A stretch of 64,000 nucleotides of DNA from an uncultured bacterium (lineage in GTDB: Bacteria; Patescibacteriota; Minisyncoccia; Phycocordibacterales; DATDWN01), in contig CAIOTC010000003.1 of NCBI GenBank assembly GCA_903861205.1, positions 7,964-71,963 on the forward strand, written 5' to 3'. Numbering within the stretch: the stretch's first letter is position 1; the number at the start of each line of letters is the position of its first letter. Below, one piece after another: positions 45,842 to 55,264 of this stretch. The notes below the pieces were generated by a model. It was not told where the DNA came from. It worked only from the letters and a program-made list of their open reading frames with translations, and did not search any database. A program made the position numbers and the translations under genes.

Positions 45842-47865
45842 TGACGGACAAAATCTCAAAGGAAACAATCGACAGATACAGTAAATTGGTTGATATTGTT
45901 AAGCATCACCAGCATCTGTACCACACTCTGGACAAGCCGGAAATAACGGATGAGGCTTATGACTCGCTTGTTCGCGAGCTATTAGATTTGGAAGAAAAAT
46001 ATCCGGAGTTGAAATTGGAGGCGAGTCCTGCTGAGCGCGTAGGTGGAGAACCGCTGAAAGAATTTGTCAAAGTCAGACACGCGGTCAGGCAGTGGTCTTT
46101 CGACGACGTTTTCAGTTTTGAAGGATTGCAAAAGTGGGATGAAAAAGTTCGCAGAATGATCACGAAAGAACCGACTCTGAAAGACGACAGGGTAGAATAT
46201 TGTTGCGAGTTGAAAATCGACGGTCTCAAAATTATTTTGACATATAAAAATGGCAAGCTGATTACCGGAGCGACACGCGGCGACGGGGAAGTGGGCGAGG
46301 AAGTCACTTCTAATTTAAAAACGATAAAAAGTATTCCGCTTGAAATTTCGCAAAAAGAAAATATAACAGTTGTCGGCGAGTGCTGGTTGCCGAAAAAGGA
46401 GTTGGAGAGAATAAACGTCGAGCGGAAAAAAGAAGATTTGCCTGTTTTTGCCAACACTCGCAACGCCGCCGCCGGTTCGATCCGCCAACTTGATCCGAAA
46501 ATTGTGGCCAAAAGAAATTTGAGCTCTTTCATTTATGACATTGATTCATTTTCCAAAATGCCGGAAACGCAATTGGGCGAATTGGAATTGCTCTCCAGTC
46601 TCGGTTTTCAAACAAATTCACACTTTCGAGTTTTTGATTCGCTTGCCGGCGTGGAAAATTTTTATAAAAAATGGTCAAAGGACAAAAATAGTTTGGATTA
46701 CGGTCTCGACGGCATTGTCATCAAAATTAATTCGCGCAAAATCCAGGAGACGCTTGGTTACACGGGCAAGTCTCCGCGTTGGGGTGTGGCCTACAAATTC
46801 CCAGCCGAGCAAGTGACAACCGTGGTGGAAGATGTCGCTTTCCAAGTTGGCAGGACCGGCGTCATCACGCCAGTGGCCCATTTGCGACCGGTGGTGGTGG
46901 CCGGTTCAACTGTTTCGCGGGCGACTCTGCACAACGAGGACGAAATTCGCCGGCTCGACGTGCGCATCGGTGACACGGTCATTTTGCAAAAAGCCGGCGA
47001 CGTCATTCCGGACATCGTTTCGGTGCTGAAAGATTTGCGCACCGGAAAAGAAAAGCCGTTCGTTTGGCCGACAGCTATTCCGGCTTGTGGAGGCGATGGA
47101 TCGATCGAGCGCATTTCCGGACAAGCGGCCTGGCGATGCGTCAACAAAAATTCTTTCGCCCAGCAAAAAAGAAAATTTTATCATTTAGTTTCCAAGGGCG
47201 CGCTGAACATTGTCGATCTCGGTCCGAAAATCATCGACGTACTGCTTTCCGAAAATTTGGTCGCGGAATATGCCGACATCTTCACGCTGAAAAAGGGCGA
47301 TCTAATTTCGCTTCCGCGCTTTGCGGAAAAGTCGGTGGAAAATTTGCTGAAGTCGATCGAGTCGGCCAAAAAAACGACACTTCCTCGGCTTCTCATCGGA
47401 CTTTCCATACCGCAAGTGGGCGAGGAAACGGCCTACGATTTATCCGAGCATTTTGAGACTTTGAAAAATTTGCAGGTGGCGAAATTTGAAGATTTGGAAA
47501 AAATAGAAGGCGTCGGACCGATTGTCGGACAGTCGGTTGTCGACTTTTTCAAATCAAAAGAAAATAAAAAAATAATTTCGAATTTACTGAAACATATAAC
47601 AATTGAAATTAAAGAGGATGCCCCTCTGGGGAAAGAGGGGCATCCTCTTGCTGGTTTAACTTTCGTTTTGACCGGCACGCTTTCCACGATGTCCCGCGAT
47701 GAAGCCAAACAAAAAATCCGTGCTCTTGGCGGAAATGTCTCCTCGTCCGTATCAAAAGAAACCGATTTTGTTGTCGTCGGAGAAAATCCCGGCAGTAAAA
47801 AAGAAAACGCCCAGAAACTGGGCGTGCCGATTTTAAGCGAGGATGAGTTCATCTCTTTCTTCTGA
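45841..47865 (+). CDS. ligA: NAD-dependent DNA ligase LigA
   Basis: Adenylation motif KIDGLKI, OB fold, Zn finger (C..C...C..C), HhH and BRCT regions; ATG at 45841. Confidence 0.95.
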   Translation: MTDKISKETIDRYSKLVDIVKHHQHLYHTLDKPEITDEAYDSLVRELLDLEEKYPELKLEASPAERVGGEPLKEFVKVRHAVRQWSFDDVFSFEGLQKWDEKVRRMITKEPTLKDDRVEYCCELKIDGLKIILTYKNGKLITGATRGDGEVGEEVTSNLKTIKSIPLEISQKENITVVGECWLPKKELERINVERKKEDLPVFANTRNAAAGSIRQLDPKIVAKRNLSSFIYDIDSFSKMPETQLGELELLSSLGFQTNSHFRVFDSLAGVENFYKKWSKDKNSLDYGLDGIVIKINSRKIQETLGYTGKSPRWGVAYKFPAEQVTTVVEDVAFQVGRTGVITPVAHLRPVVVAGSTVSRATLHNEDEIRRLDVRIGDTVILQKAGDVIPDIVSVLKDLRTGKEKPFVWPTAIPACGGDGSIERISGQAAWRCVNKNSFAQQKRKFYHLVSKGALNIVDLGPKIIDVLLSENLVAEYADIFTLKKGDLISLPRFAEKSVENLLKSIESAKKTTLPRLLIGLSIPQVGEETAYDLSEHFETLKNLQVAKFEDLEKIEGVGPIVGQSVVDFFKSKENKKIISNLLKHITIEIKEDAPLGKEGHPLAGLTFVLTGTLSTMSRDEAKQKIRALGGNVSSSVSKETDFVVVGENPGSKKENAQKLGVPILSEDEFISFF

Positions 47866-48145
47866 CACTTCTTATTGCATCTTTAAATTTCTCATTCTGA
47901 TCCCGTGCCAAATTGTATCTGGCGAAGAATTCCTCGAAATTTGTTTGGTATGCATTTACGACTGAACGCGTCCTCTCTTTTGAGGGAAGTGTTGTTCCTG
48001 TTTCCCAGGAACAAATTAATCTCGTATGGATCCCTATTATACTAGCAACATCGGCTTGGCTCAATGATGCCTGCAATCTTGATCGTCTCAGAAAAAAACT
48101 GAAATCGCGCATGTAATCCGGGTTGGTTTCCATATTGTCTCCCAC
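47849..48145 (-). CDS. XRE-family helix-turn-helix transcriptional regulator
   Basis: LRRSRLQASLSQADVASIIGIHTRLICSWETG HTH_3 pattern. Confidence 0.7.
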   Translation of the reverse strand: MGDNMETNPDYMRDFSFFLRRSRLQASLSQADVASIIGIHTRLICSWETGTTLPSKERTRSVVNAYQTNFEEFFARYNLARDQNEKFKDAIRSVRRKR

Positions 48146-48213
48146 CAGATTAAACTACATTTTAATTTATTTTGCAAACTGAAAATTTTTCAAGACTATG
48201 TTATTATGAAAGC

Positions 48214-48516
48214 ATGATCACTACCGAAGACATCAAACACCTAGCCGAACTTTCACGCATGGAAATTCCGGAAGGGGAAATGGAACATTTGGCCAAGGAA
48301 GTTGACTCTATTTTGGGTTATGTCAGCCAGATTACCGGCGCTACGGGCGACATGTCGCGCGAAGTGCCGGCTCTGCACAATGTTATGCGCGAGGATACGC
48401 CGGAAAACACACCGCGCGAATTTACCGAAAAACTGATTGCTAACGCTCCGTCACACCAGGGTGATTATTTGAAAGTGAAAAAAATTTTGGGAGGAAATAG
48501 TGATGATATAATCTAA
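48214..48516 (+). CDS. gatC: Asp/Glu-tRNA amidotransferase subunit C
   Basis: MITTEDIKHLAELSRMEIPEGE...; precedes gatA. Confidence 0.85.
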   Translation: MITTEDIKHLAELSRMEIPEGEMEHLAKEVDSILGYVSQITGATGDMSREVPALHNVMREDTPENTPREFTEKLIANAPSHQGDYLKVKKILGGNSDDII

Positions 48517-48616
48517 AAGTTAAGAAGTTGAAAAAGTTTAATAAGTTGAATAAGGAAATGCAAGAAACTTATACAACTTATTTAACTAAAGCGAAGCGTA
48601 ACTTATTAAACTTGTA
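48516..48616 (+). repeat. Family-B intergenic element (aagttgaataag...ctaaagcgaagcgtaacttattaaac) abutting the gatA start codon
   Basis: Copies also at ~819-913, 1844-1935 and 2630-2722, each ending at the ATG of rplP, rplN and rplE. Confidence 0.6.
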
Positions 48617-50035
48617 ATGATCGATTTAAAAAATCTGACAATTAAAAAAGCCCACGAACACTTTTCAAAGAAGGATTTTTCGGCGCGAGAATTGGCGGAA
48701 AGTTATTTGAAAAATATCGAGAGCAAAAATCCGGAAATAAACGCATATTTGGAAGTGTACGACGACGTTTTGGCGCAAGCCGGCGAAGCAGACAAAAAAA
48801 TTGCTTCCGGAAATTTTGATGTATTGACTGGGATTCCGCTAGGTATCAAAGACAACATTTTGATCGATGGCAAAAAAGCGACATCGGCTTCAAAAATTTT
48901 AGCCGGATACGTTGCGCCGTACGATGCCACTGTTATAAAAAAGTTGAAAGCGCAATCTGCTGTTTTTCTGGGCCGGACGAACATGGACGAATTTGCCATG
49001 GGTGGCTCAACCGAAAACTCGGCCTTTGGCGTGGTCAAAAATCCGCTCGACATCTCGCGTGTGGCCGGTGGTTCTTCCGGCGGTTCGGTGGCGGCGGTGG
49101 CCATGGGAGGCAGCCTCGGCGCGCTTGGCTCGGACACCGGTGGCTCGGTGCGCGAACCGGCGGCTTTTTGCGGTGTGGTTGGGCTCAAGCCGACATACGG
49201 CGGAGTTTCGCGTTACGGACTGATGGCCATGGGTTCGTCGCTTGACGTCATCGGACCGGTGACGAAAACCGTGACCGACTCGGAGATTTTGTTTGATGCC
49301 ATAAAAGGTGCGGACAAAATGGACAGCACAACACATTCTCTAAACTCTAATCTCAAATCTCTAAACTCTAAAACTATCGGAGTGCCGTATCACATTTTGG
49401 AACAAGAGGGAATCGATCCGGAAGTCAAAAAAAATTTTAATGATTCGATAAAAAAATTGCAGGATTTGGGTTACGAAATAAAAGACATAAAATTGCCGAA
49501 CATCGAATATTCTCTGGCTGTTTATTACATTATTATGCCGGCCGAGGTGTCTTCAAATATGGCGCGCTTTGACGGCGTTAAGTACGGCTTGCACGTTGAA
49601 GGTGGAAAAAATTTGCTCGAAGATTATCTCAAAACTCGCGGCGCAGGTTTCGGTCCGGAAGTTCGTCGCCGAATTTTGATCGGCACATACGTTCTCTCGG
49701 CCGGTTATGCTGATGCTTATTACAACAAAGCATTGATGCTCCGCCAAAAAATTTCCGACGATTTCAAAAAAGCTTTTGCCGAAGTTGACGTCATCGCCAC
49801 ACCGACTGCTCCATGCCCAGCTTTCAAAATCGGCGAAAAAAGCGACCCACTTTCCATGTATCTGGCCGATATTTTCACTGTCACAGCCAACATTGTCGGC
49901 ATTCCGGCCATTTCCATTCCATCCGGCACCGTCCCTGCCGGTGACAAAAATTTGCCCGTCGGCTTGCAAATCATGGCGCCCCACGACCACGAGCCATTTC
50001 TCTTTGACCTCGGCAAAAAATTCCTCGGGGAGTGA
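48617..50035 (+). CDS. gatA: Glutamyl-tRNA(Gln) amidotransferase subunit A
   Basis: Amidase signature GGSSGGSVAAVA; 472 aa. Confidence 0.95.
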   Translation: MIDLKNLTIKKAHEHFSKKDFSARELAESYLKNIESKNPEINAYLEVYDDVLAQAGEADKKIASGNFDVLTGIPLGIKDNILIDGKKATSASKILAGYVAPYDATVIKKLKAQSAVFLGRTNMDEFAMGGSTENSAFGVVKNPLDISRVAGGSSGGSVAAVAMGGSLGALGSDTGGSVREPAAFCGVVGLKPTYGGVSRYGLMAMGSSLDVIGPVTKTVTDSEILFDAIKGADKMDSTTHSLNSNLKSLNSKTIGVPYHILEQEGIDPEVKKNFNDSIKKLQDLGYEIKDIKLPNIEYSLAVYYIIMPAEVSSNMARFDGVKYGLHVEGGKNLLEDYLKTRGAGFGPEVRRRILIGTYVLSAGYADAYYNKALMLRQKISDDFKKAFAEVDVIATPTAPCPAFKIGEKSDPLSMYLADIFTVTANIVGIPAISIPSGTVPAGDKNLPVGLQIMAPHDHEPFLFDLGKKFLGE

Positions 50036-50064
50036 TTTTGATTATAAATATGGTATACTAGCGA

Positions 50065-50325
50065 GTGGAAAAGGAGGGAACAATGAGTGAGCTGAATGTT
50101 GAGATAACGAAAGATGCAAGGGCATGTCTAAATTATGACGACCCTGATAGCTTAATTGTGCTCGACTTGTTGCGTGGTGCCGGCTACGGTGTTCGTAGCG
50201 TTTTCGTTGAGGGGTTATCGAAGCCTCGCGTTATCGTCAAGTCCGGAACATACTCTGGTTTGAAGCAGATTAGACAGATGATAGAAGCTGACAGTCAGAG
50301 AAATCAGACAAAAGAAGCTGGTTGA
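50065..50325 (+). CDS. Hypothetical small protein (GC-rich)
   Basis: 86 aa ORF. Confidence 0.3.
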   Translation: MEKEGTMSELNVEITKDARACLNYDDPDSLIVLDLLRGAGYGVRSVFVEGLSKPRVIVKSGTYSGLKQIRQMIEADSQRNQTKEAG

Positions 50326-50423
50326 TTTGAGCGGGGGTGTTGGTGTAGGAACCGACGCCCTTTTCTTTTGGCCGAGAAAGTTTGTGGTATAATAAAACGA
50401 AGAATTAAAACTAATTTCAAAAT

Positions 50424-51491
50424 ATGGAAAATAATATTGTTCCACCAATTGAATCTTCTCAAAATCTACCGATTACTGATCCAAATCCAATAGAACAAAA
50501 ACCTCGCGGAAACGCTTTTCTGCTTACTCTGACATTTCTCCTCATTCTCTCTGGAATTTTCGGCGTTTGGTATTTCTCGCATCCATTGCTGGATGATGAT
50601 TTTGGAACTGCGACAACTGATCAATTCGCTGGTTGGAAAACGTACAGAAGTGACCAGTATGGGTTTGAATTTAAATATCCAGAAAATCTGGTGTCTAAAG
50701 GAAAAAGTATAAATTCTAATAATGTTATACAGGTCGGTTATGCCTCAATGGAACTTGCGAGTAGTTCACCAGAAAATGGTTTAACTGCTGATTTAGTGTT
50801 TAATATTTTTGAAAATCCAAAACACCTTGCAATGAAGGATTATTTTACCAACAAAAATAATTATTTTTGGCCTGATGTTTTTACATCTAGCACTACTATG
50901 CAAACAACTGTTGTGGATGGCAGAAATGCAGTTTATTATAATGTTGAAAGCGAGTATGATTTCAAAGAAATTATATTGAATGATAATTACAGATTTATCA
51001 GAGTTCAGGATTTTGGGGATGGCAAATTTGTCAATCAAATTCTCTCCACATTCAAATTCATTTCAACTTCGACTTCGGCGGTTGACATGAGTGGGTGGGA
51101 GACATATACAAACAGTCAGTATGGGTTTGAATTTAAATATCCACAAAACTTCAGTGTAACGTTAGATTCTTACGGAAATGTTAGTGTTATGGATCTAAGG
51201 GAAAATTATTTTGATTTAAATTTTGGTGTTTTAACAAAATGGGTATCCCCGGCTGATAGCCAGTATATTGAGCAAAAAACTGATGGATATAATTCTAATA
51301 ATATTTTATATCACAAGTATTTTCAGATACTTGGTTCCAGCAACGAATATCATTATTTTCTAATGAAAGACAAAAGTCTTGGTGTTGATGCAAGCTATAC
51401 GCACGAAAGATCAAATGATATTGGGCTGAGTTTAAATCCTAACGAAAAAGAATTTAATCAAATCCTCTCCACTTTCAAATTCACGAAATAG
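50424..51491 (+). CDS. Membrane-anchored hypothetical protein with two repeated domains (GW.TY...QYGFEFKYP...ILSTFKF)
   Basis: TM near the N-terminus; internal duplication visible; TGnTATAAT promoter at ~50384. Confidence 0.45.
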   Translation: MENNIVPPIESSQNLPITDPNPIEQKPRGNAFLLTLTFLLILSGIFGVWYFSHPLLDDDFGTATTDQFAGWKTYRSDQYGFEFKYPENLVSKGKSINSNNVIQVGYASMELASSSPENGLTADLVFNIFENPKHLAMKDYFTNKNNYFWPDVFTSSTTMQTTVVDGRNAVYYNVESEYDFKEIILNDNYRFIRVQDFGDGKFVNQILSTFKFISTSTSAVDMSGWETYTNSQYGFEFKYPQNFSVTLDSYGNVSVMDLRENYFDLNFGVLTKWVSPADSQYIEQKTDGYNSNNILYHKYFQILGSSNEYHYFLMKDKSLGVDASYTHERSNDIGLSLNPNEKEFNQILSTFKFTK

Positions 51492-51517
51492 ATTTTGTAT
51501 AATTTATAACTATTCCC

Positions 51518-52468
51518 ATGGCCGACGCAAAAAAACCAGACAAAAAAGATGCCAAGCCGGCGACGGCGAAAAGCGATCCGTTTGCGGAAATTGTGACGTG
51601 GATTTTTTTGGCTTTTCTGGCCATGTATATGATCAACGGTTTTGCGCAAATGTTTTCAAACGGGACGTTTTCTCACGGTTGGCAGGGACTCACTCCGCAT
51701 GGCATTATCGCGGCGCATACCCAACCGGTTTCTTTTCTAGAAAATCCCATTGGTACGCGGGTTGTTTCGATGAGCGACGACACTTCGGTTTACGATTCTC
51801 CAGGCGGAAAAGAAATCGGCACGCAACCGTTTAACTCTCGCGGCAAAATTTTGCAGGGTTATGTCGAAGTGAACGGCCAGAAATATTGGTACGTCGATTT
51901 CGACAATGGCAGTGACGGCTGGGTCAGGGAAAGCGACATCGCCAACTTGCAAAGTGAGCCGACGATGTTTGAAAAAATTTTGCTGTGGGGTTGGTCCGTC
52001 ATTCCGTCCGTCAAAATATTTTCCGTGCTTTTTTCTCTGGCGCTCATGTTGTTTGCGGCGTACGTCGTCGTGAAATTGACTGAGATCAGAAAAAATCAGC
52101 ACGCCCTTTTGTATCCCGCTTCCGCCGAATCGGCCGGAGAAAACATCGGGATTGTCAATCCGAAATGGGAAAAAATTCTGGCGCAGATCGAATCGCTGAA
52201 CGAAAACGACTGGAAGCTGGCTGTGATCGAAGCGGATACGATGCTCGCCGATATTTTGGACAAACTTCATTTGCCCGGCGAGACGATGGGGGACAAAATG
52301 AAAGCGGTGGAGAAAAGCGATTTTACGACCATCGACATGGCGTGGGAAGCGCACAAAATCCGCAACCAAATCGCCCACGAAGGCAGCGATTTCGTCCTAG
52401 TTCAGCGCGAAGCCCGCCGCGTCATCGCTCTCTACCAAGCCGTTTTCGAGGAGTTTCAGATAATTTGA
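51518..52468 (+). CDS. Two-TM protein with an extracytoplasmic SH3-like segment and a C-terminal HEPN-like (HepT/DUF86-type RNxxAHEx) domain
   Basis: TM1 ~res 25-45, TM2 ~165-190; C-terminal AWEAHKIRNQIAHEG resembles the HepT Rx4HxY motif. Confidence 0.4.
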   Translation: MADAKKPDKKDAKPATAKSDPFAEIVTWIFLAFLAMYMINGFAQMFSNGTFSHGWQGLTPHGIIAAHTQPVSFLENPIGTRVVSMSDDTSVYDSPGGKEIGTQPFNSRGKILQGYVEVNGQKYWYVDFDNGSDGWVRESDIANLQSEPTMFEKILLWGWSVIPSVKIFSVLFSLALMLFAAYVVVKLTEIRKNQHALLYPASAESAGENIGIVNPKWEKILAQIESLNENDWKLAVIEADTMLADILDKLHLPGETMGDKMKAVEKSDFTTIDMAWEAHKIRNQIAHEGSDFVLVQREARRVIALYQAVFEEFQII

Positions 52469-52604
52469 ACACGTAATTTGAACACGAAAAGTGGATAATT
52501 CGAGTTGATTTTGACGTTAAAGTATGATAGCATTCGTCCACAGCGGGATAGAGTAGCAGTAACTCGCGGGGCCCATAACCCTGAAACTCACGTGCAAGTC
52601 GTGA

Positions 52605-52661
52605 TCCCGCAACAAGTATGAAAAAACACCCATAATGGGTGTTTTTTCATACTTGTTGCGG
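52605..52661. other. Perfect 26-bp-stem hairpin (cccgcaacaagtatgaaaaaacaccc-ataat-gggtgttttttcatacttgttgcggg)
   Basis: Read directly; lies between the HEPN-like gene and tRNA-Met. Confidence 0.4.
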
Positions 52662-52707
52662 GATAGCGCTTGTTTTTATTCACTTGTTATATTATATTGT
52701 TTGTGCA

Positions 52708-52778
52708 GCCGGCGTAGTTCAATGGTAGAACGGGGGACTCATAAGCCTCAAAAAATGGTTCAATTCCATTCGCCGGCA
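52708..52778 (+). tRNA. tRNA-Met/Ile2 (anticodon CAU)
   Basis: Acceptor GCCGGCG/CGCCGGC, D-arm GTTCAATGGTAGAAC, anticodon loop CTCATAA, T-arm AATGGTTCAATTCCATT. Confidence 0.7.
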
Positions 52779-52809
52779 CAAATTTATTTTCTAGTTTAGT
52801 GTGTGAATT

Positions 52810-53529
52810 GTGGATAACCAGTTAGTCAAATACCCTGTCACTATGTATAATATTATCGTGTATTCATATAAAAAAGTAAATAAAAATTTTTTCAAAAAAT
52901 GGTCATTTGAAATGGCATACGTTTTGGGATTTTTTGCTGCAGACGGATATATTACTGTAAATAGACGTGGAGGGCAGTTTTGGTGCTTTGATATTGGAGA
53001 CGAAAAATTAATAAAACAAATCAGAAAAACTATTAAATCTACCCACAAAATTAGCACAAGAAAAAGAAGTGATGGAAAGTATACAACTTATCGTTTGCAG
53101 ATTGGTAGCTCGGAAATGTGCGATGATTTACGTAGATTGGGTTTCAGCGAATGTAAAACAAACAACTTAGCTATACCGTACATTCCAAAAAAATATTTTT
53201 CTGATTTTGTAAGAGGGTATTTTGATGGTGATGGGCATGTGTGGGTTGCATATATAAACAAAAATAGAAAAAAACAAACTTTAGTAATTAATACTGGTTT
53301 TACATCGTGTTCCCTTAAGTTTCTTGAAGCACTTAATGATAGACTTGAAGTTTTTAATTCAGGTAAAGGTACAATAAGACAGGGAAATGGAAATTCTTAC
53401 CGTTTGAATTTTAATATAACTGGCTCTTTGAATTTGTACAAATTTATGTATAATGGTATGGACGAGTCTGATTTGTTTTTAAGCAGAAAAAAAGTAGTTT
53501 TCGAAAAGTTTATAAAAATGCGGTTGTAG
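52810..53529 (+). CDS. Free-standing double-motif LAGLIDADG homing endonuclease
   Basis: Two LAGLIDADG motifs, LGFFAADGYI and RGYFDGDGHV; low GC; stop codon lies inside the first nucleotides of tRNA-Asp. Confidence 0.75.
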   Translation: MDNQLVKYPVTMYNIIVYSYKKVNKNFFKKWSFEMAYVLGFFAADGYITVNRRGGQFWCFDIGDEKLIKQIRKTIKSTHKISTRKRSDGKYTTYRLQIGSSEMCDDLRRLGFSECKTNNLAIPYIPKKYFSDFVRGYFDGDGHVWVAYINKNRKKQTLVINTGFTSCSLKFLEALNDRLEVFNSGKGTIRQGNGNSYRLNFNITGSLNLYKFMYNGMDESDLFLSRKKVVFEKFIKMRL

Positions 53530-53593
53530 CTCAACGGTAGAGCACCCGCCTGTCACGCGGGAGGCCGTGGGGTCAGCACCCATCAGCCGCGCA
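53520..53593 (+). tRNA. tRNA-Asp (anticodon GUC); atypical T-loop; 3' end overlapped by the integrase gene
   Basis: Acceptor GCGGTTG/CAGCCGC, D-arm GCTCAACGGTAGAGC, anticodon loop CTGTCAC; T-loop GTCAGCA is non-canonical. Confidence 0.6.
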
Positions 53594-55190
53594 ATATAAG
53601 ATTAATCTTGTCAAGGGACGCTTCAACGGCGTCTCCTTTGGCTTTTTTCAGTTCCCACTCTGATATAGCGGCCTCTACGACTTTTTTCTTTTTTGTAATC
53701 GGAATAAACCATTTCATGGTGTCAATACTGAGTTTTCCGTCGGTTAGCTTGCAGTTCCCACCCATACCTAAAAATACTTCTTTTTTAGTTTGAAGATCAC
53801 CTTTATCAAATTTTTCTTTCGCCTTGCAAGCAAAATTAAATGTCTTTTCTGCCAGTTCCTGCCAGCTATCTGTTCTGTGTTCTGTTTGTTTTACACTTTG
53901 TCGCAGTGAAATAATTTCACTTTTCAGTCTTCTTTTTTCTTTCAAAAATTCTTCGTCGTCAATTAGTCTTCTGTATCGCATTTGAGTCAATTGATCCATG
54001 TCACTTTGTGTGGCATCGAGTGTCTTCTGTTGAGATGTAGCAACTATTTTTCTGTCGTTGATTTCAACATCATTACTTTTTTTGATAATATCAATTGCCC
54101 AATCTTTGAACTGAGGAATAATAGTAATTTCCTCAAGTTTCGCTTTTATTTGTTTTTCAAGCGATCTTCCAGTAGTGTAATGATTTTGTCCGCACTTACT
54201 ACCTTTATTTCTTCGCATACAGTAGTAGTACTCAAAAGTGGCAATTTTACCTGTACTTTTTATTATCTTTTTCTTCTCGATGGCAGTTACACTACCCCCG
54301 CACTCGCCGCATTTAATAATGCCAGTAAAAGCATGTTCGTGTTTTTTAGGACGAGGTTTACCTTTCTTTCCAAGAATTATCTGAGCTTTATCGAATTCTT
54401 CTTTAGTTATCATTGGTTCATGACGACCCTCATACCACTCACCGCCATACTTGAACATTCCAGTGTAAAAAGCGTTTGAAAATAATTCAAATATACTGCT
54501 ACGGCCAATAGGGCCACCACCACTTCTTTTTGTCTTTCGTGTTCTTATTCCCCACGCATTATTCATGATTTCCAATATCTGTGTGGGGTTATACGCATCA
54601 GAAAGAAGCAAGTCCCAAGCTTTTCTCACTAAATCAAATCTCTCAGGATCTTTCTTTATGGAATTCTCTCCACGACTTTCAAATTTTGTGTTGAGGTAAC
54701 CTATGGGGGCAACGATAGGGGCCATGCCTTTTGCAAGTTTGCTATCAATTCCTCTTTTAACATTTCGCTTCATGTCTCTGATAAACTGATTTGAAGAAGC
54801 ATTTTCAACGCTAATAACCACAGCATTATCGTCTGGCAAATATTCTCGGTTCATCGTTTGAATTGATTTGATAACTTCTTTCTGTAGTAGCCACTGAATT
54901 GTGGCACTGTCTATTGGATTTCGTGAAAGGCGATTCATCTCCCAGCACAAAATTCCATTTGCCTCACCTCTATTGATTCTTTTTATCAGTTCGTCAAAAA
55001 CTTTTCGGACATACGGTTCTTTTGCTGATTTTGATTCAAATAAAATATCCACGATTTCTAAATCCTTCGCTTTGGCAAGAATTTTCAAGCGGTCTATTTG
55101 ATCGTCGATTGACTGTATCTGCCTGTCCGACGACTCGGAACTTTTGCGAGCATAAAGCAGATATTTAATTTTCTCAGTTGAATTTAACAT
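53583..55190 (-). CDS. Large serine recombinase (phage-type integrase)
   Basis: N-terminal resolvase catalytic domain YARKSSESSDRQIQSIDDQ, recombinase domain, zinc-ribbon/coiled-coil C-terminus; 535 aa. Confidence 0.9.
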   Translation of the reverse strand: MLNSTEKIKYLLYARKSSESSDRQIQSIDDQIDRLKILAKAKDLEIVDILFESKSAKEPYVRKVFDELIKRINRGEANGILCWEMNRLSRNPIDSATIQWLLQKEVIKSIQTMNREYLPDDNAVVISVENASSNQFIRDMKRNVKRGIDSKLAKGMAPIVAPIGYLNTKFESRGENSIKKDPERFDLVRKAWDLLLSDAYNPTQILEIMNNAWGIRTRKTKRSGGGPIGRSSIFELFSNAFYTGMFKYGGEWYEGRHEPMITKEEFDKAQIILGKKGKPRPKKHEHAFTGIIKCGECGGSVTAIEKKKIIKSTGKIATFEYYYCMRRNKGSKCGQNHYTTGRSLEKQIKAKLEEITIIPQFKDWAIDIIKKSNDVEINDRKIVATSQQKTLDATQSDMDQLTQMRYRRLIDDEEFLKEKRRLKSEIISLRQSVKQTEHRTDSWQELAEKTFNFACKAKEKFDKGDLQTKKEVFLGMGGNCKLTDGKLSIDTMKWFIPITKKKKVVEAAISEWELKKAKGDAVEASLDKINLILRG

Positions 55191-55264
55191 TTTGTTTTGT
55201 GGTTAATTATAGTTCCAATAAATGAATTTTGGTAGCTGTTAGGATGTTAATAAGAAGTTGATAA

